Below are positions 36,649 to 45,649 of a stretch of DNA of 64,000 nucleotides, piece by piece. Location of the stretch: positions 3,763 to 67,762 of the forward strand of contig JBEKMZ010000014.1 of assembly GCA_049523315.1 (NCBI GenBank), written 5' to 3'. The stretch's first letter is position 1, and each line of letters opens with the position of its first letter. Below the pieces are notes generated by a model, which saw nothing but the letters and a program-made list of their open reading frames with translations, was not told the DNA's origin and ran no database searches. The stretch comes from Acidimicrobiales bacterium. Its GTDB lineage: Bacteria > Actinomycetota > Acidimicrobiia > Acidimicrobiales > Bog-793. Made by a program: the position numbers and the translations under genes.

Positions 36649-39600
36649 CTACTCCATGGCGGGTGTTGGTGTCCCGATCCGCTCGCTCACGACCTTGGAG
36701 GCCCCGCCTGGCTGCATCGTCACGCCGTAGAGGACGTCTGCCGCCTCCATCGTCCGCTTCTGGTGGCTCACGACGATGAGTTGCGCATCGTTGCGGAATT
36801 CGTCGACGAGGTCCAAGAATCGATGGAGGTTCACATCGTCGAGAGCCGCCTCGACCTCGTCCATTACATAGAACGGGGAGGGGCGGCTGCGAAAGACTGC
36901 GAACAAAAACGCCAGCGCCACGAGCGAGCGCTCGCCCCCCGACAAAAGCGAGAGCCGCCTGACGTTTCGTCCGGCCGGGCGGGCCTCGATCTCGATCCCT
37001 GTGGAGAGCAGGTCCTCGGGGTCGATCAGGCTGAGCCGCCCGGTCCCGCCGGGGAACAGCATCGAGAAGAGGATCTCGAAATGCTCGGCAACGTCGGCGA
37101 AGGCCTTGGCGAAGACCCCGACGATCTCCTCGTCGACGGCGCGGATGACCCGCCCGAGCTCGCGCCGGGCGCTCCTGACGTCCTCGAGCTGCTCGGCGAG
37201 GAAGCGGTCCCTCTCCTCGAGCGCGGCCAGCTCCTCGAGGGCGAGCGGGTTCACAGGGCCCATCAGGCGGAGCTCACGGTCGAGCTCACGGGTGCGGGCC
37301 TGGGCCGGGATCCCGGGCGGGAGCTCGGGGCAGGAGGCGGCAATGGCCTCGTCCGGCTCGCACTCGAGCTCGCGGCGCAGTGTCTCTACAGCCGCCTCCA
37401 GGCGCAGGCGCGCCTCGGCGCGCTCGAGCTCGACGCGCTGCAGCAACTCGCGGGTCCCGGTGAGGGCCCGCTCGGCGGCGATGCGCTGATCACGCAGCTG
37501 GCGCAGCCTGTCAGTCGTTTCGCTGACGGCCCGCTCATGGTCCTCGCGCTCGGCGCGTAGGCGCTCCCGGGCTCTTGTCAGCTCGTCGGCGACTCGCCCG
37601 AGCTCGTCGGTGAGACGGCCCAGGGCGCGCCCGGCGGTCTCGAGCGACTCCCTGCGCCCGGCTGCGCCCGAGCGCGCCGCCTCGAGCCCGGCTAGGCGCC
37701 GCTCGACCTCCGCACGCCTGCCGGCGAGGAGCGCGATCCGCTCCTCCAGCGCCGCGCTCCGGATGCCGAGCTCGGCCCGCAGCGACGCCAGCGTGCGGGC
37801 ACGGTCGTCGAGTGCCTTGCGGGCCCGGGCGGCCTCTTCTGCCACGGCGAGGGCCTCGATCTCCGCCCCCTCAGCCTTGGCGAGCTCGCTCTCGCGAAGC
37901 GCGAGCTCCGCCTCGGTCGCAGCGACGAGGCCCAGAGCGGCCTCGTAGGCCGACGCCGTGTCACCGCGCTCGGCTGCGAGCCGCCCAATGCGCTCTTGTG
38001 ACACGGCCTGGGCAGCTTTGGCCTGGGCGCGGGCGGCGACGGCACTGTCGAATCGCCGGGCGGCCCTGGTACTCGCCGCGCGGGCAGTCTCGAGCGCCTC
38101 GCGAGCGGTGTCTGCTTCGGCGCCTGCAAGGTGCGCCTCCTCGGCCGCGGACTCGGCGCCGCGCCGGACAGACTCGAGCGCGGCCCGGGTCGCTCCCGAG
38201 CGCGCCGCCCCGATCCGCCATCCCCGGGCCGAGAACCGGTCACCCTCCGTCGTGACTATCGTCCAGCCCGGCAGCTCCTCGGCTAGTCGTAGTGCCTCCG
38301 CGAGACCACCCCGGCACAAGACGACGCCCGCGAGGAGCTGGTCGAGCACGGCACCGACCCCCGACGTCTGCGACCTCACGTGGTCGCGGAGCCTCTCGGC
38401 CCGGATACCGGTCGGTGGCTCGCTAGGCGCGAGGACAAACTTGGAGGCACCGGTCGGAAGCACCCCGCCGTGCAAGCCCGCGTCGTGCAGATGGCCCAAC
38501 GCCACGCGCGCCGCGCCTGTCCCGTCCACGACCACGGTCCCGAGAGCGTCCTCGACGGCTGCCTCGAAGGCTTTCTCGCACCCCTCGTCGATGTCAACGA
38601 GGTCGGCCAGCGTCCCGAGGACGCCCTGCAGGCCGACAAGGCGTTCCATACCCGCGCGCGACCGTGTCTCGTCGAGCGCCGCCTGCAACGCCTCGGTCCG
38701 GGCGCCGAGTGCGTGCGAGCGGTCGAGGGCCAGACGGGCGAGCCCCTCGGTCTCTTGCTGGCGGGCGGCGGCCTCCCGTTCGCCTGCCGCGAGCCGTTCG
38801 TGCTCCTCGCGGAGGCGCTCGTGCTCGGTCTCGCATTCCTCGAGCGCCGGGCCTAACTCGCCGAGGCGCTGCTCGTGCTCGGCACGCATCCGATCGAAGG
38901 CGCCAAGGCGTTCGGCCAGGCGCGCGACCGACTCCCGTGCCGTCGACAGGCGCGCCAGGGCGGCGTCGTGCTCCTGGCGGGCTGCGCGGGCATCGAGAGG
39001 TGCCGCGTCGGCGAAGATCGAGGATGCCCCGTCCGGCCCCGGCAACCCGGCGAGCTCGTCGGCCTCGAAGGCAGCCTCGTCGCGTCGAAGCTCCTCCTCG
39101 AGCCCGGCAAGCGTCTCGCGCTCGGGCGTGAGGGCCTGTGAGGCCGCCTGGGCCATCACCAGGTCGGCGGCAAGGCGGGCTGACTCCGCTTCGAGGGAGG
39201 CGACGACGTCGGACTCGGTGACAGCCACAAGCGAGGCGGAGACGGCCCGTCGGCGCTCCGCGACGACGCTCGCGAGGCCGTGCTGGCGCTCGAGCAGGCG
39301 CTCGGCCCGCCCGAGCCGGTCGGAGCCGTCCCAGGACTGCACCTCGGTGAGCGCCGCCTCGGTGGCCGCGACCAGCTCGTCGAGACGGGCAAGCTCGTTG
39401 CGCTGCGAGACCTCTTGCTCGGTCGTCTCGTTATGCCCGCGCTCGGCGCGCTCGAGCCGACGCCCGAGTGAGTCGAGCTCCCTGCCGGCCAGGTGCAAGC
39501 GCAGCGCCCGCAACTCGGCGGCGAGCCCGTCAAAGCGACGCGCGGCCTCCGCCTGGCGCTCGAGCGGGCGGAGCTGACGGCGCACCTCTCGTTGCAGGTC

Positions 39601-40176
39601 CTGCAAACGCAGGAGGTTCTGCTCGCTCGATTCGAGCCGGCGCTCGGCGCGCTCTCGACGCCGGCGGAACTTGAGGACCCCGGCCGCCTCCTCGATCACC
39701 ATGCGCCGGTCTTCCGGGCGCGCCTGGAGGATCGAGTCGAGCTGGCCCTGGCTGACGATGACGTGCTGCTGGCGACCGACGCCGGCGTCGGAGAGGAGCT
39801 CTTGGACGTCCAGCAAACGGCACGGGGCACCGTTAAGGGCGTACTCGCTCTCGCCCGTGCGGAACAGGGTCCTTGTGATCGTGACCTCGGCGACCTCGAC
39901 AGGGAGGCGTCTCGAGGCATTGTCGATCGTGAGGGACACCTCGGCCCGGCCTAAAGCCGGGCGCTTGGAGGTGCCGGCGAAGATGACGTCGTCCATTTTC
40001 GTGGAGCGCACAACCTTCGGCCCCTGCGCTCCCAGGACCCAGGCGACGGCGTCCACGACGTTCGACTTGCCGGAGCCGTTCGGGCCCACGACGACGGTGA
40101 TGCCCGGCTCGAGCTCGATCGTCGTGGGATCGGCGAAAGACTTGAACCCTTTGAGAGTCAGCGTTTTCAGGAACAC
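36649..40176 (-). CDS. smc: chromosome segregation protein SMC
   Basis: 1175 aa. Walker A (VVGPNGSGKSNVVDA), long coiled coils, a hinge, and a C-terminal LSGGERSLVALAFLFAVF signature with Walker B (FYVMDEVEAALD). Confidence 0.97.
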   Translation of the reverse strand: MFLKTLTLKGFKSFADPTTIELEPGITVVVGPNGSGKSNVVDAVAWVLGAQGPKVVRSTKMDDVIFAGTSKRPALGRAEVSLTIDNASRRLPVEVAEVTITRTLFRTGESEYALNGAPCRLLDVQELLSDAGVGRQQHVIVSQGQLDSILQARPEDRRMVIEEAAGVLKFRRRRERAERRLESSEQNLLRLQDLQREVRRQLRPLERQAEAARRFDGLAAELRALRLHLAGRELDSLGRRLERAERGHNETTEQEVSQRNELARLDELVAATEAALTEVQSWDGSDRLGRAERLLERQHGLASVVAERRRAVSASLVAVTESDVVASLEAESARLAADLVMAQAASQALTPERETLAGLEEELRRDEAAFEADELAGLPGPDGASSIFADAAPLDARAARQEHDAALARLSTARESVARLAERLGAFDRMRAEHEQRLGELGPALEECETEHERLREEHERLAAGEREAAARQQETEGLARLALDRSHALGARTEALQAALDETRSRAGMERLVGLQGVLGTLADLVDIDEGCEKAFEAAVEDALGTVVVDGTGAARVALGHLHDAGLHGGVLPTGASKFVLAPSEPPTGIRAERLRDHVRSQTSGVGAVLDQLLAGVVLCRGGLAEALRLAEELPGWTIVTTEGDRFSARGWRIGAARSGATRAALESVRRGAESAAEEAHLAGAEADTAREALETARAASTRAARRFDSAVAARAQAKAAQAVSQERIGRLAAERGDTASAYEAALGLVAATEAELALRESELAKAEGAEIEALAVAEEAARARKALDDRARTLASLRAELGIRSAALEERIALLAGRRAEVERRLAGLEAARSGAAGRRESLETAGRALGRLTDELGRVADELTRARERLRAEREDHERAVSETTDRLRQLRDQRIAAERALTGTRELLQRVELERAEARLRLEAAVETLRRELECEPDEAIAASCPELPPGIPAQARTRELDRELRLMGPVNPLALEELAALEERDRFLAEQLEDVRSARRELGRVIRAVDEEIVGVFAKAFADVAEHFEILFSMLFPGGTGRLSLIDPEDLLSTGIEIEARPAGRNVRRLSLLSGGERSLVALAFLFAVFRSRPSPFYVMDEVEAALDDVNLHRFLDLVDEFRNDAQLIVVSHQKRTMEAADVLYGVTMQPGGASKVVSERIGTPTPAME

Positions 40177-40248
40177 GTTGGGATCACGTTATCCGTGAGG
40201 GCACACCGCCCCGGGGATTCGCCTGCGTCCCGGGGGGATGTGGGGCTC

Positions 40249-41088
40249 TCAAAGCTGGCAGCGTTCGCAGCAGTAGGCGGAGCGGGCACCGATCATGAGC
40301 CGCACGACCTGGCTCCCACAGCGCGGGCACGGCTCCCCTGCCCGGTCGTAGACGGCGTGACGGTCCTGGTAGGACCCGAGGCCGCCGGCAAGGTCGCGGT
40401 AGCGCTGATCACGCAACGAGGACCCGCGCGATGCCACTGCCTCGCGCAGCACCGACCGGGCCGAGCGTGCCAAGGCGGTGACCTCGGCGTCGCTCAGCGA
40501 GCCGCCGGGGCGGTCGGGGCGGAGCTTTGCCCGAAAGCAGGCCTCGTCGGCGTAGATGCTGCCTATGCCGGCGACGATCCTCTGGTCGGTCAAAAGCGCC
40601 TTCAGCGGGGCACGCCTGCCGGCGAAGCTGGAGGCGAGATACGCCTTGGGCAGGCCCTCCAATAGCGGATCGCGCCCGATGTGGCTGATCTCCGCCGGAA
40701 CTCCGCGTGCGTCGAGGTCGCAGGAGACGAACCACTCCCCGAAGGTCCTCGGGTCGACGAAGCGCAGCTCGGTCCCATCGTCGAGATCGACCAGGACGTG
40801 GGTGTGGGCCTCGAGAGGCTGGCGCTCGGTCCCGGCCAGGTGGAGGAGCTGGCCGCTCATGCGGAGGTGGACGACGAGCACCGAGTCGTCGTCGAGCGCG
40901 AGGAGAAGGAACTTGCCCCGGCGCCCGGCGGCGATGACGCGGCGCCCGACGAGCCGGCTCTGAAGCTCGCCTCGGGACTGGCGCCGCACCGTGCGGCGGC
41001 CCGGCACCTCGACCTTGGTGATGCGCCTGCCGACGACGACGGCCTCGAGGCCGCGACGGACGGTCTCGACTTCGGGAAGCTCGGGCAC
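40249..41088 (-). CDS. mutM: formamidopyrimidine-DNA glycosylase (Fpg/MutM)
   Basis: MPELPEVETVRRGL N-terminus (catalytic Pro2, Glu3) and a C-terminal zinc finger (CPRCGSQVVRLMIGARSAYCCERCQ). Confidence 0.93.
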   Translation of the reverse strand: MPELPEVETVRRGLEAVVVGRRITKVEVPGRRTVRRQSRGELQSRLVGRRVIAAGRRGKFLLLALDDDSVLVVHLRMSGQLLHLAGTERQPLEAHTHVLVDLDDGTELRFVDPRTFGEWFVSCDLDARGVPAEISHIGRDPLLEGLPKAYLASSFAGRRAPLKALLTDQRIVAGIGSIYADEACFRAKLRPDRPGGSLSDAEVTALARSARSVLREAVASRGSSLRDQRYRDLAGGLGSYQDRHAVYDRAGEPCPRCGSQVVRLMIGARSAYCCERCQL

Positions 41089-41817
41089 CTAAACGCCAGG
41101 CCCGTCGCCCTCTTGGGCGGCGAGGATCTCGAGGGCGGCCGCAGCTGCGAGGCGTTCGGCGAGCTTCTTTGACGACCCGGTTCCACGCCCCAGCACGCCT
41201 CCTCCGACGCGCACCTCGGCGAAGAAGACCTTGGCGTGATCCGGGCCCTTGTCGCTCACCTCGTAGGAGGGCGCGCTCAAGCTAAGCCGCGCGGTGAGCT
41301 CCTGGAGCCTGTTCTTCGGGTCACCGAGCCGGCCCCCTGCCGCGATACCCGCGATCGGGTCCTCGATCAGGTCGACTACGAAGCTGGTCGCGGCCGAAAG
41401 CCCAAGGGAAAGGTAGACGGCGGCGATGATCGCCTCGAGGCAGTCGGCGAGGATCGATCCTTTGGAACGGCCCCCAGAGGCCTCCTCGCCCTTGCCCAAC
41501 AGCACCGCCTCGCCGACACCGAGCTCGGTGGCTATCGGCGCCAGCGCCTCTGTGCTCACAACCGAGGCACGAAGGCGCGCCAGGTCCCCCTCGGGAAGCT
41601 CGGGGTAGGAGCGGTATAGGTGGTCTGCGACAACGAGGCCCAAGACGGCGTCACCGAGCAGCTCAAGCCGCTCGTTGGAGGGGAGGCCGCCCCATTCGGA
41701 ACAATAGGAGCGGTGCGAGAGGGCCTGGCGGAGCAGGTCGGCGCTGAGGGGGTAGTCCGAAAGCGCCTGGTGCAGCCGCTCGCTTGTGGGCGGGAAGCCA
41801 GATGTCGGATTGCTCAG
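41089..41817 (-). CDS. rnc: ribonuclease III
   Basis: The listed ORF starts at a TTG (41643), downstream of the catalytic signature. The same open frame further upstream reads ...SERLHQALSDYPLSADLLRQALSHRSYCSEWGGLPSNERLELLGDAVLGLVV, followed by a dsRBD. The 5' end is set provisionally at the in-frame CTG at 41817, which overlaps the acpP stop as CTGA (see findings). Confidence 0.8.
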   Translation of the reverse strand: MSNPTSGFPPTSERLHQALSDYPLSADLLRQALSHRSYCSEWGGLPSNERLELLGDAVLGLVVADHLYRSYPELPEGDLARLRASVVSTEALAPIATELGVGEAVLLGKGEEASGGRSKGSILADCLEAIIAAVYLSLGLSAATSFVVDLIEDPIAGIAAGGRLGDPKNRLQELTARLSLSAPSYEVSDKGPDHAKVFFAEVRVGGGVLGRGTGSSKKLAERLAAAAALEILAAQEGDGPGV

Positions 41818-42101
41818 GCGCCGCCGACCTTCCCGCTCACATAGTCGACCGCGTCACGCACGGTACGCAGGTCCTCGAGGTCCTCGTCGTCGATGCGGAA
41901 CCCCGGCAGCCGGTCGCTCAGCTCCTCCTCGAGCGCCTCGACGAGCTCGATCAGGGCAAGGGAGTCCGCGTTGAGGTCGTCCGCGAATGAGGACGACTCG
42001 CTGATCTCGGACATGTCGATCTCGAGGATCTCCGCGAGCTGGGAGCGCACGAGCTCGAGCACCTCGTCGCGGCTCATAATCGCACCGGTCGTCTCGGTCA
42101 C
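41814..42101 (-). CDS. acpP: acyl carrier protein
   Basis: ORF trimmed to the GTG at 42101, which is preceded by AAAGGAGAAGGAG. DLNADSLALIELVEALEEE carries the phosphopantetheine-attachment DSL motif. An alternative ATG lies at 42077. Confidence 0.9.
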   Translation of the reverse strand: MTETTGAIMSRDEVLELVRSQLAEILEIDMSEISESSSFADDLNADSLALIELVEALEEELSDRLPGFRIDDEDLEDLRTVRDAVDYVSGKVGGA

Positions 42102-42189
42102 CTGGGCTCCTTCTCCTTTGATCTGTCCAATGCTAAAGCTTGCCTCACGGTCCTGCCCACCGCCCGACGGCGTTGGACGACGCCCTTTT

Positions 42190-43185
42190 TCAGCTGGCAG
42201 CGACCGCGTCGCGAAGTGATCCGACGAGATCACCGATCACCGCCTCGTGTGCCACGCGGACCGCGTTCAAGATCGCCCTCGAAGACGAGCTCCCGTGGCT
42301 GATGACACATACGCCCTCCACGCCTAACAGCATCGCTCCGCCGGTCTCTTCTGGGTCGAGCCGCTGCGCGTAGACGACTAGCTCGGGCGCGAGCACGGAC
42401 CCCGCCGCCCGGGTCTCTTCGCTGGCTCCGATGACGCGCCCGAGGATGTCGAACAGGGAGCGCAGCGCCCCCTCGACCGACTTCAGAGCGACGTTGCCGG
42501 TGAAGCCATCCGTCACGATGACATCGACGTTGCCGTCCAGCAGGTCCCTGCCCTCGACGTTTCCGACGAAGTCGACCCCGACCCCGGCTGCGAGCAGGGT
42601 GTGCGCTTCCTTGGTGAGCTGGTTCCCCTTCGAGGACTCCTCTCCTATCGACAACAGCGCGACCTTGGGAGCAGTCGTGCCGAAACGCAGCGTCATGAAG
42701 GCAGCGCCCATCTGGGCGAACTGGACCAGCCACTCGGCGTGGCAGTCGGCGTTGGCACCCGCGTCAACGAGCACCGCCGGGCGGCCGCTTATAGCGGGGA
42801 TGAGCGCTGCGATCGCCGGGCGGGCGACGCCGGGGAGCCGACCCATGCGCAAAAGCGCACTCGCCATTGCCGCTCCGGTGTTGCCAGCGCTCACCATCGC
42901 CGATGCGCGCCCGTCGCGGACCGCCTCGGCGGCACGCACGAGTGTCGAGTCCTTCTTCGTCCGGACGCTCTGGGCGGGGTCGTCGTGCATGGCGATGACC
43001 TCGCTGGCCGGGAGCACATCCAGGCCGCCGGTGTCGCCGAGCGAGCCGTCGACCGGGCCGACGAGCACGACCGGGATACCGAGCTCCTCGGCCGCGCGCC
43101 GCGCCCCGGCAACGATCTCGCCCGGGGCGTGATCGCCGCCCATCGCGTCTATCGCGATCGGGAGGGTGTTGACGGGTGAAGGCAC
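42190..43185 (-). CDS. plsX: phosphate acyltransferase PlsX
   Basis: ORF trimmed to the GTG at 43185 (VPSPVNTLPIAIDAMGGDHAPGEIV...). An alternative GTG lies at 43212. Typical PlsX length of about 331 aa. Confidence 0.9.
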   Translation of the reverse strand: MPSPVNTLPIAIDAMGGDHAPGEIVAGARRAAEELGIPVVLVGPVDGSLGDTGGLDVLPASEVIAMHDDPAQSVRTKKDSTLVRAAEAVRDGRASAMVSAGNTGAAMASALLRMGRLPGVARPAIAALIPAISGRPAVLVDAGANADCHAEWLVQFAQMGAAFMTLRFGTTAPKVALLSIGEESSKGNQLTKEAHTLLAAGVGVDFVGNVEGRDLLDGNVDVIVTDGFTGNVALKSVEGALRSLFDILGRVIGASEETRAAGSVLAPELVVYAQRLDPEETGGAMLLGVEGVCVISHGSSSSRAILNAVRVAHEAVIGDLVGSLRDAVAAS

Positions 43186-43217
43186 GGCGCCTGTATCCCT
43201 GCGCGGCGCCACGACGG

Positions 43218-43397
43218 TCAGTCGACCTCGACTGCCTGGCGACCCTTGTACCACCCGCAGTGCGGGCAAACCACGTGCGGCAGCTTCGCCCGGTTGCACT
43301 GTGGGCAAAGGCTCCGCGAGGGCTCGTTCAACGTCCAGGCGGAGGCCCGCCGGCTGCGGCTTTTCGACTTCGAGGTCTTCTTCTTGGGGACGGCCAT
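43218..43397 (-). CDS. rpmF: 50S ribosomal protein L32
   Basis: MAVPKKKTSKSKSRSRRASAWTLNEPSRSLCPQCNRAKLPHVVCPHCGWYKGR. Trimmed to the ATG at 43397. Confidence 0.93.
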   Translation of the reverse strand: MAVPKKKTSKSKSRSRRASAWTLNEPSRSLCPQCNRAKLPHVVCPHCGWYKGRQAVEVD

Positions 43398-43399
43398 CG

Positions 43400-43939
43400 T
43401 TATTCTCTCCACTCGGGTATGGCTTGAGGAGCACCCGGCCCGGACAGGGCCGCCCAACGTGGGTCGGTCTTCTCCGTGCAGGTACAGGTCTCATGGTTGC
43501 GGTTCACGCCGCACTCGGGGCACAGCCCGAGGCAATCGGGCCCACAGAGCGGCGCGAGCGGCAGCTCCAAGATACAGGCATCGTGAGCGAGCGGTTCGAG
43601 GTCGAGCCAGTCGGCCGTCATGGAGTAGCCGAGCTCGGGGTCGGCGTCCTCCGCGTAGAGCTCGCGGACAGTCGCGCTTAGGCGCCCGGTCGCCACCTCG
43701 AGACAGCGGCGGCACTCTCCTTCCCAGTCGGCCGAAACGGTCCCGCTCACCACCACGCCGCCGAGCACGGATTCCAGCACCACGTCCAGCTCAACCTCGG
43801 CACCAGCCGGCACGTTCGAGTCGGACACCTCTAGCTCGGCGATCGGGGCCTCGACCTTCACCCGCCGGCGAGTGCCGGGATGCTTGCGCAGGACTGCCAC
43901 GCCGACGACGAGCGGGCCACGGCGGTCGGCCCGGGTCAT
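43400..43939 (-). CDS. YceD/DUF177 family (23S rRNA accumulation) protein
   Basis: GTVSADWEGECRRCLEVATGRLSATVRELY...CGPDCLGLCPECGVNRNHETCTC. The ATG at 43939 overlaps the upstream stop as ATGA. Confidence 0.85.
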   Translation of the reverse strand: MTRADRRGPLVVGVAVLRKHPGTRRRVKVEAPIAELEVSDSNVPAGAEVELDVVLESVLGGVVVSGTVSADWEGECRRCLEVATGRLSATVRELYAEDADPELGYSMTADWLDLEPLAHDACILELPLAPLCGPDCLGLCPECGVNRNHETCTCTEKTDPRWAALSGPGAPQAIPEWRE

Positions 43940-44541
43940 TCGAGGTCCTGGTCGAAAAATCCCTCCCCGACGGCCCATTCGTCCTCGTCGAGCTCGTCCT
44001 CGGACTCCTCGCCCGGCTCGGGCTGGGGGGCGGGTATCGACGCCAGGCGTTCGCGCCCGGTCCGGACCGTCTTCATGGTCCGGTCGAGCACGATCTCGAA
44101 GCCTGCGAGCTTTTGGTCGACATAGTCCTCGGCCTCGTGGCGCATCTGGCGCGCGGCGGCCTCGGCGTCTTCGACGATCCGCATAGCCCGGTGCTCGGCC
44201 TGGCGGACGATCTCGGTCCGCTGCACCATCCGCTCAGCTTGGACCCGGGCGTCGCCGACAATGTCGGCCGCCTCGCGCCTGGCGGCGGCGAGGAGCTCCT
44301 CGTGGTCCCTCAGCATGCGCCGGGCACGGCGTAGCTCCTCGGGGAGCTCGTCGCGGATCGCCTCGAGCAGGTCGAGCACCTCGTCACGGGTGATGATCGC
44401 CGATGACGAGAGCGGCATCGACTTCGCCGAGGTGATTATCTCGATGAGCTCCTCGATGATGTCCTCGATGCTGCCTGGCTCGGCGGACGCTTGTGCCCCC
44501 GCCCCGGGCTCGGCACTTTCGTTGTCGTGAAGATCGGTCAC
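43936..44541 (-). CDS. coiled-coil protein of unknown function (often mis-annotated as ATP synthase b-like or DivIVA-like)
   Basis: 201 aa. Heptad-rich central region (LRRARRMLRDHEELLAAARREAADIVGDARVQAERMVQRTEIVRQAEHRAMRIVEDAEAAARQMRHEAEDYV) with acidic termini. Conserved position between coaD and yceD. Confidence 0.6.
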   Translation of the reverse strand: MTDLHDNESAEPGAGAQASAEPGSIEDIIEELIEIITSAKSMPLSSSAIITRDEVLDLLEAIRDELPEELRRARRMLRDHEELLAAARREAADIVGDARVQAERMVQRTEIVRQAEHRAMRIVEDAEAAARQMRHEAEDYVDQKLAGFEIVLDRTMKTVRTGRERLASIPAPQPEPGEESEDELDEDEWAVGEGFFDQDLE

Positions 44542-45014
44542 GGTCGCAGCTCCTTCAACCGGCTTGCAACGGGGGGCGGCACGAACTCGCTCACATCGCC
44601 GCCATAACGGACGACCTCGCGAATCAGCTTGGAGGCGACAAACGAATACGCCGAGCTCGTCGGCAAGAACAGCGTCTCGATGCCCGATAGGTGCTGGTTC
44701 ATCTGCGCCATCTGCAGCTCGTTTTCGAAGTCCGACACCGCGCGCAGGCCCTTGATGATTACATCGGCCCCGACCTCAGCCGCGACCTCGACGACGAGGA
44801 CCGACATCGACACGATGCGGACCGAGTCGAGATGCGCGAGCGACTCGGCGATCATCGCCTCGCGCTCTTTCACCCCGAAAAGTGGCTCCCCCTTTTGCGG
44901 GTTGCGAATAACCGCGACCACGAGGGCGTCGAACAGTCCCGAGGCACGCTCCGCGATCTCCAGGTGCCCATTGTGAAAGGGATCAAAAGAGCCAGGGAAC
45001 AAGGCGACGGTCAC
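44538..45014 (-). CDS. coaD: pantetheine-phosphate adenylyltransferase
   Basis: VALFPGSFDPFHNGHLEIAERAS (T/HxGH nucleotidyltransferase motif). 158 aa. Confidence 0.95.
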   Translation of the reverse strand: MTVALFPGSFDPFHNGHLEIAERASGLFDALVVAVIRNPQKGEPLFGVKEREAMIAESLAHLDSVRIVSMSVLVVEVAAEVGADVIIKGLRAVSDFENELQMAQMNQHLSGIETLFLPTSSAYSFVASKLIREVVRYGGDVSEFVPPPVASRLKELRP

Positions 45015-45583
45015 ACGGAGTCCTTCTCGGTGGTTCGGGGATCATCGCGGCCGGGCGTTCGGGCCCCGACCAGCGTGACGAGCGTACCGCCGTAGCGGTA
45101 CTCGCGGCAGACCGCAAAGCTGTCCGGGAGCTCGACGGGCCTCGACGACTCCAAGACGGCGAGGTCCGCTCTCATCATCTCGAGCAGGGACCGCCACGCG
45201 TCGAAAGAGTACGGGGGATCGACAAGAGCCAGGTCGTAGCGCGTGCCGGGCTCTCCGGCGAGGAACTCAGCCATGTCGGCCCGCACGACGCGAACGCCCG
45301 GCGAGGTCCCAAAACCGGTCGCGGCGAGGTTCGACCTGATGGCTGCTATGGCCCGGCGGTCGGCCTCAACGAAACAGACCGAGGCGGCGCCGCGCGACAG
45401 CGCCTCGATGCCGAGCGCGCCCGAGCCGGCGAAGGCGTCGAGCACCGAGGTCTCTTCGAGCGCGCCGCGGCTGGCGAGGATGTCGAAGATCGCCTCGCGC
45501 ACCCGGTCGCTCGTCGGGCGTAGGCCGTCTATGTCGGGAGCTCGCAGCTGACGGCGCTTGGCGGTGCCGCCGATGACGCGCAT
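45011..45583 (-). CDS. rsmD: 16S rRNA (guanine966-N2)-methyltransferase RsmD
   Basis: MRVIGGTAKRRQLRAPDIDGLRPTSDRVREAIFDIL, FAGSGALGIEALSRGA and DPPY. Confidence 0.9.
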   Translation of the reverse strand: MRVIGGTAKRRQLRAPDIDGLRPTSDRVREAIFDILASRGALEETSVLDAFAGSGALGIEALSRGAASVCFVEADRRAIAAIRSNLAATGFGTSPGVRVVRADMAEFLAGEPGTRYDLALVDPPYSFDAWRSLLEMMRADLAVLESSRPVELPDSFAVCREYRYGGTLVTLVGARTPGRDDPRTTEKDSV

Positions 45584-45649
45584 GTCACCACGCTAGGTCG
45601 AGCGACCTGAGATCGGTTGCTCAACGCCAGCGTGGGCGCGGCCGCCAGC

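Noticed and set aside
37958-39577. 539-aa plus-strand ORF (Ser/Ala/Arg-rich)
   Set aside because: It is antisense to the smc coiled-coil region. The Ser/Ala/Arg repeats mirror the Glu/Ala/Leu/Arg codons of the coiled coil.
40209-40235. ccccgggg...tcccgggg hairpin between mutM and smc, considered as a terminator
   Set aside because: CCCCGGGG is self-complementary, so the pairing is ambiguous. There is no U-tract, and smc probably needs read-through or its own promoter here. The evidence is too weak to call.
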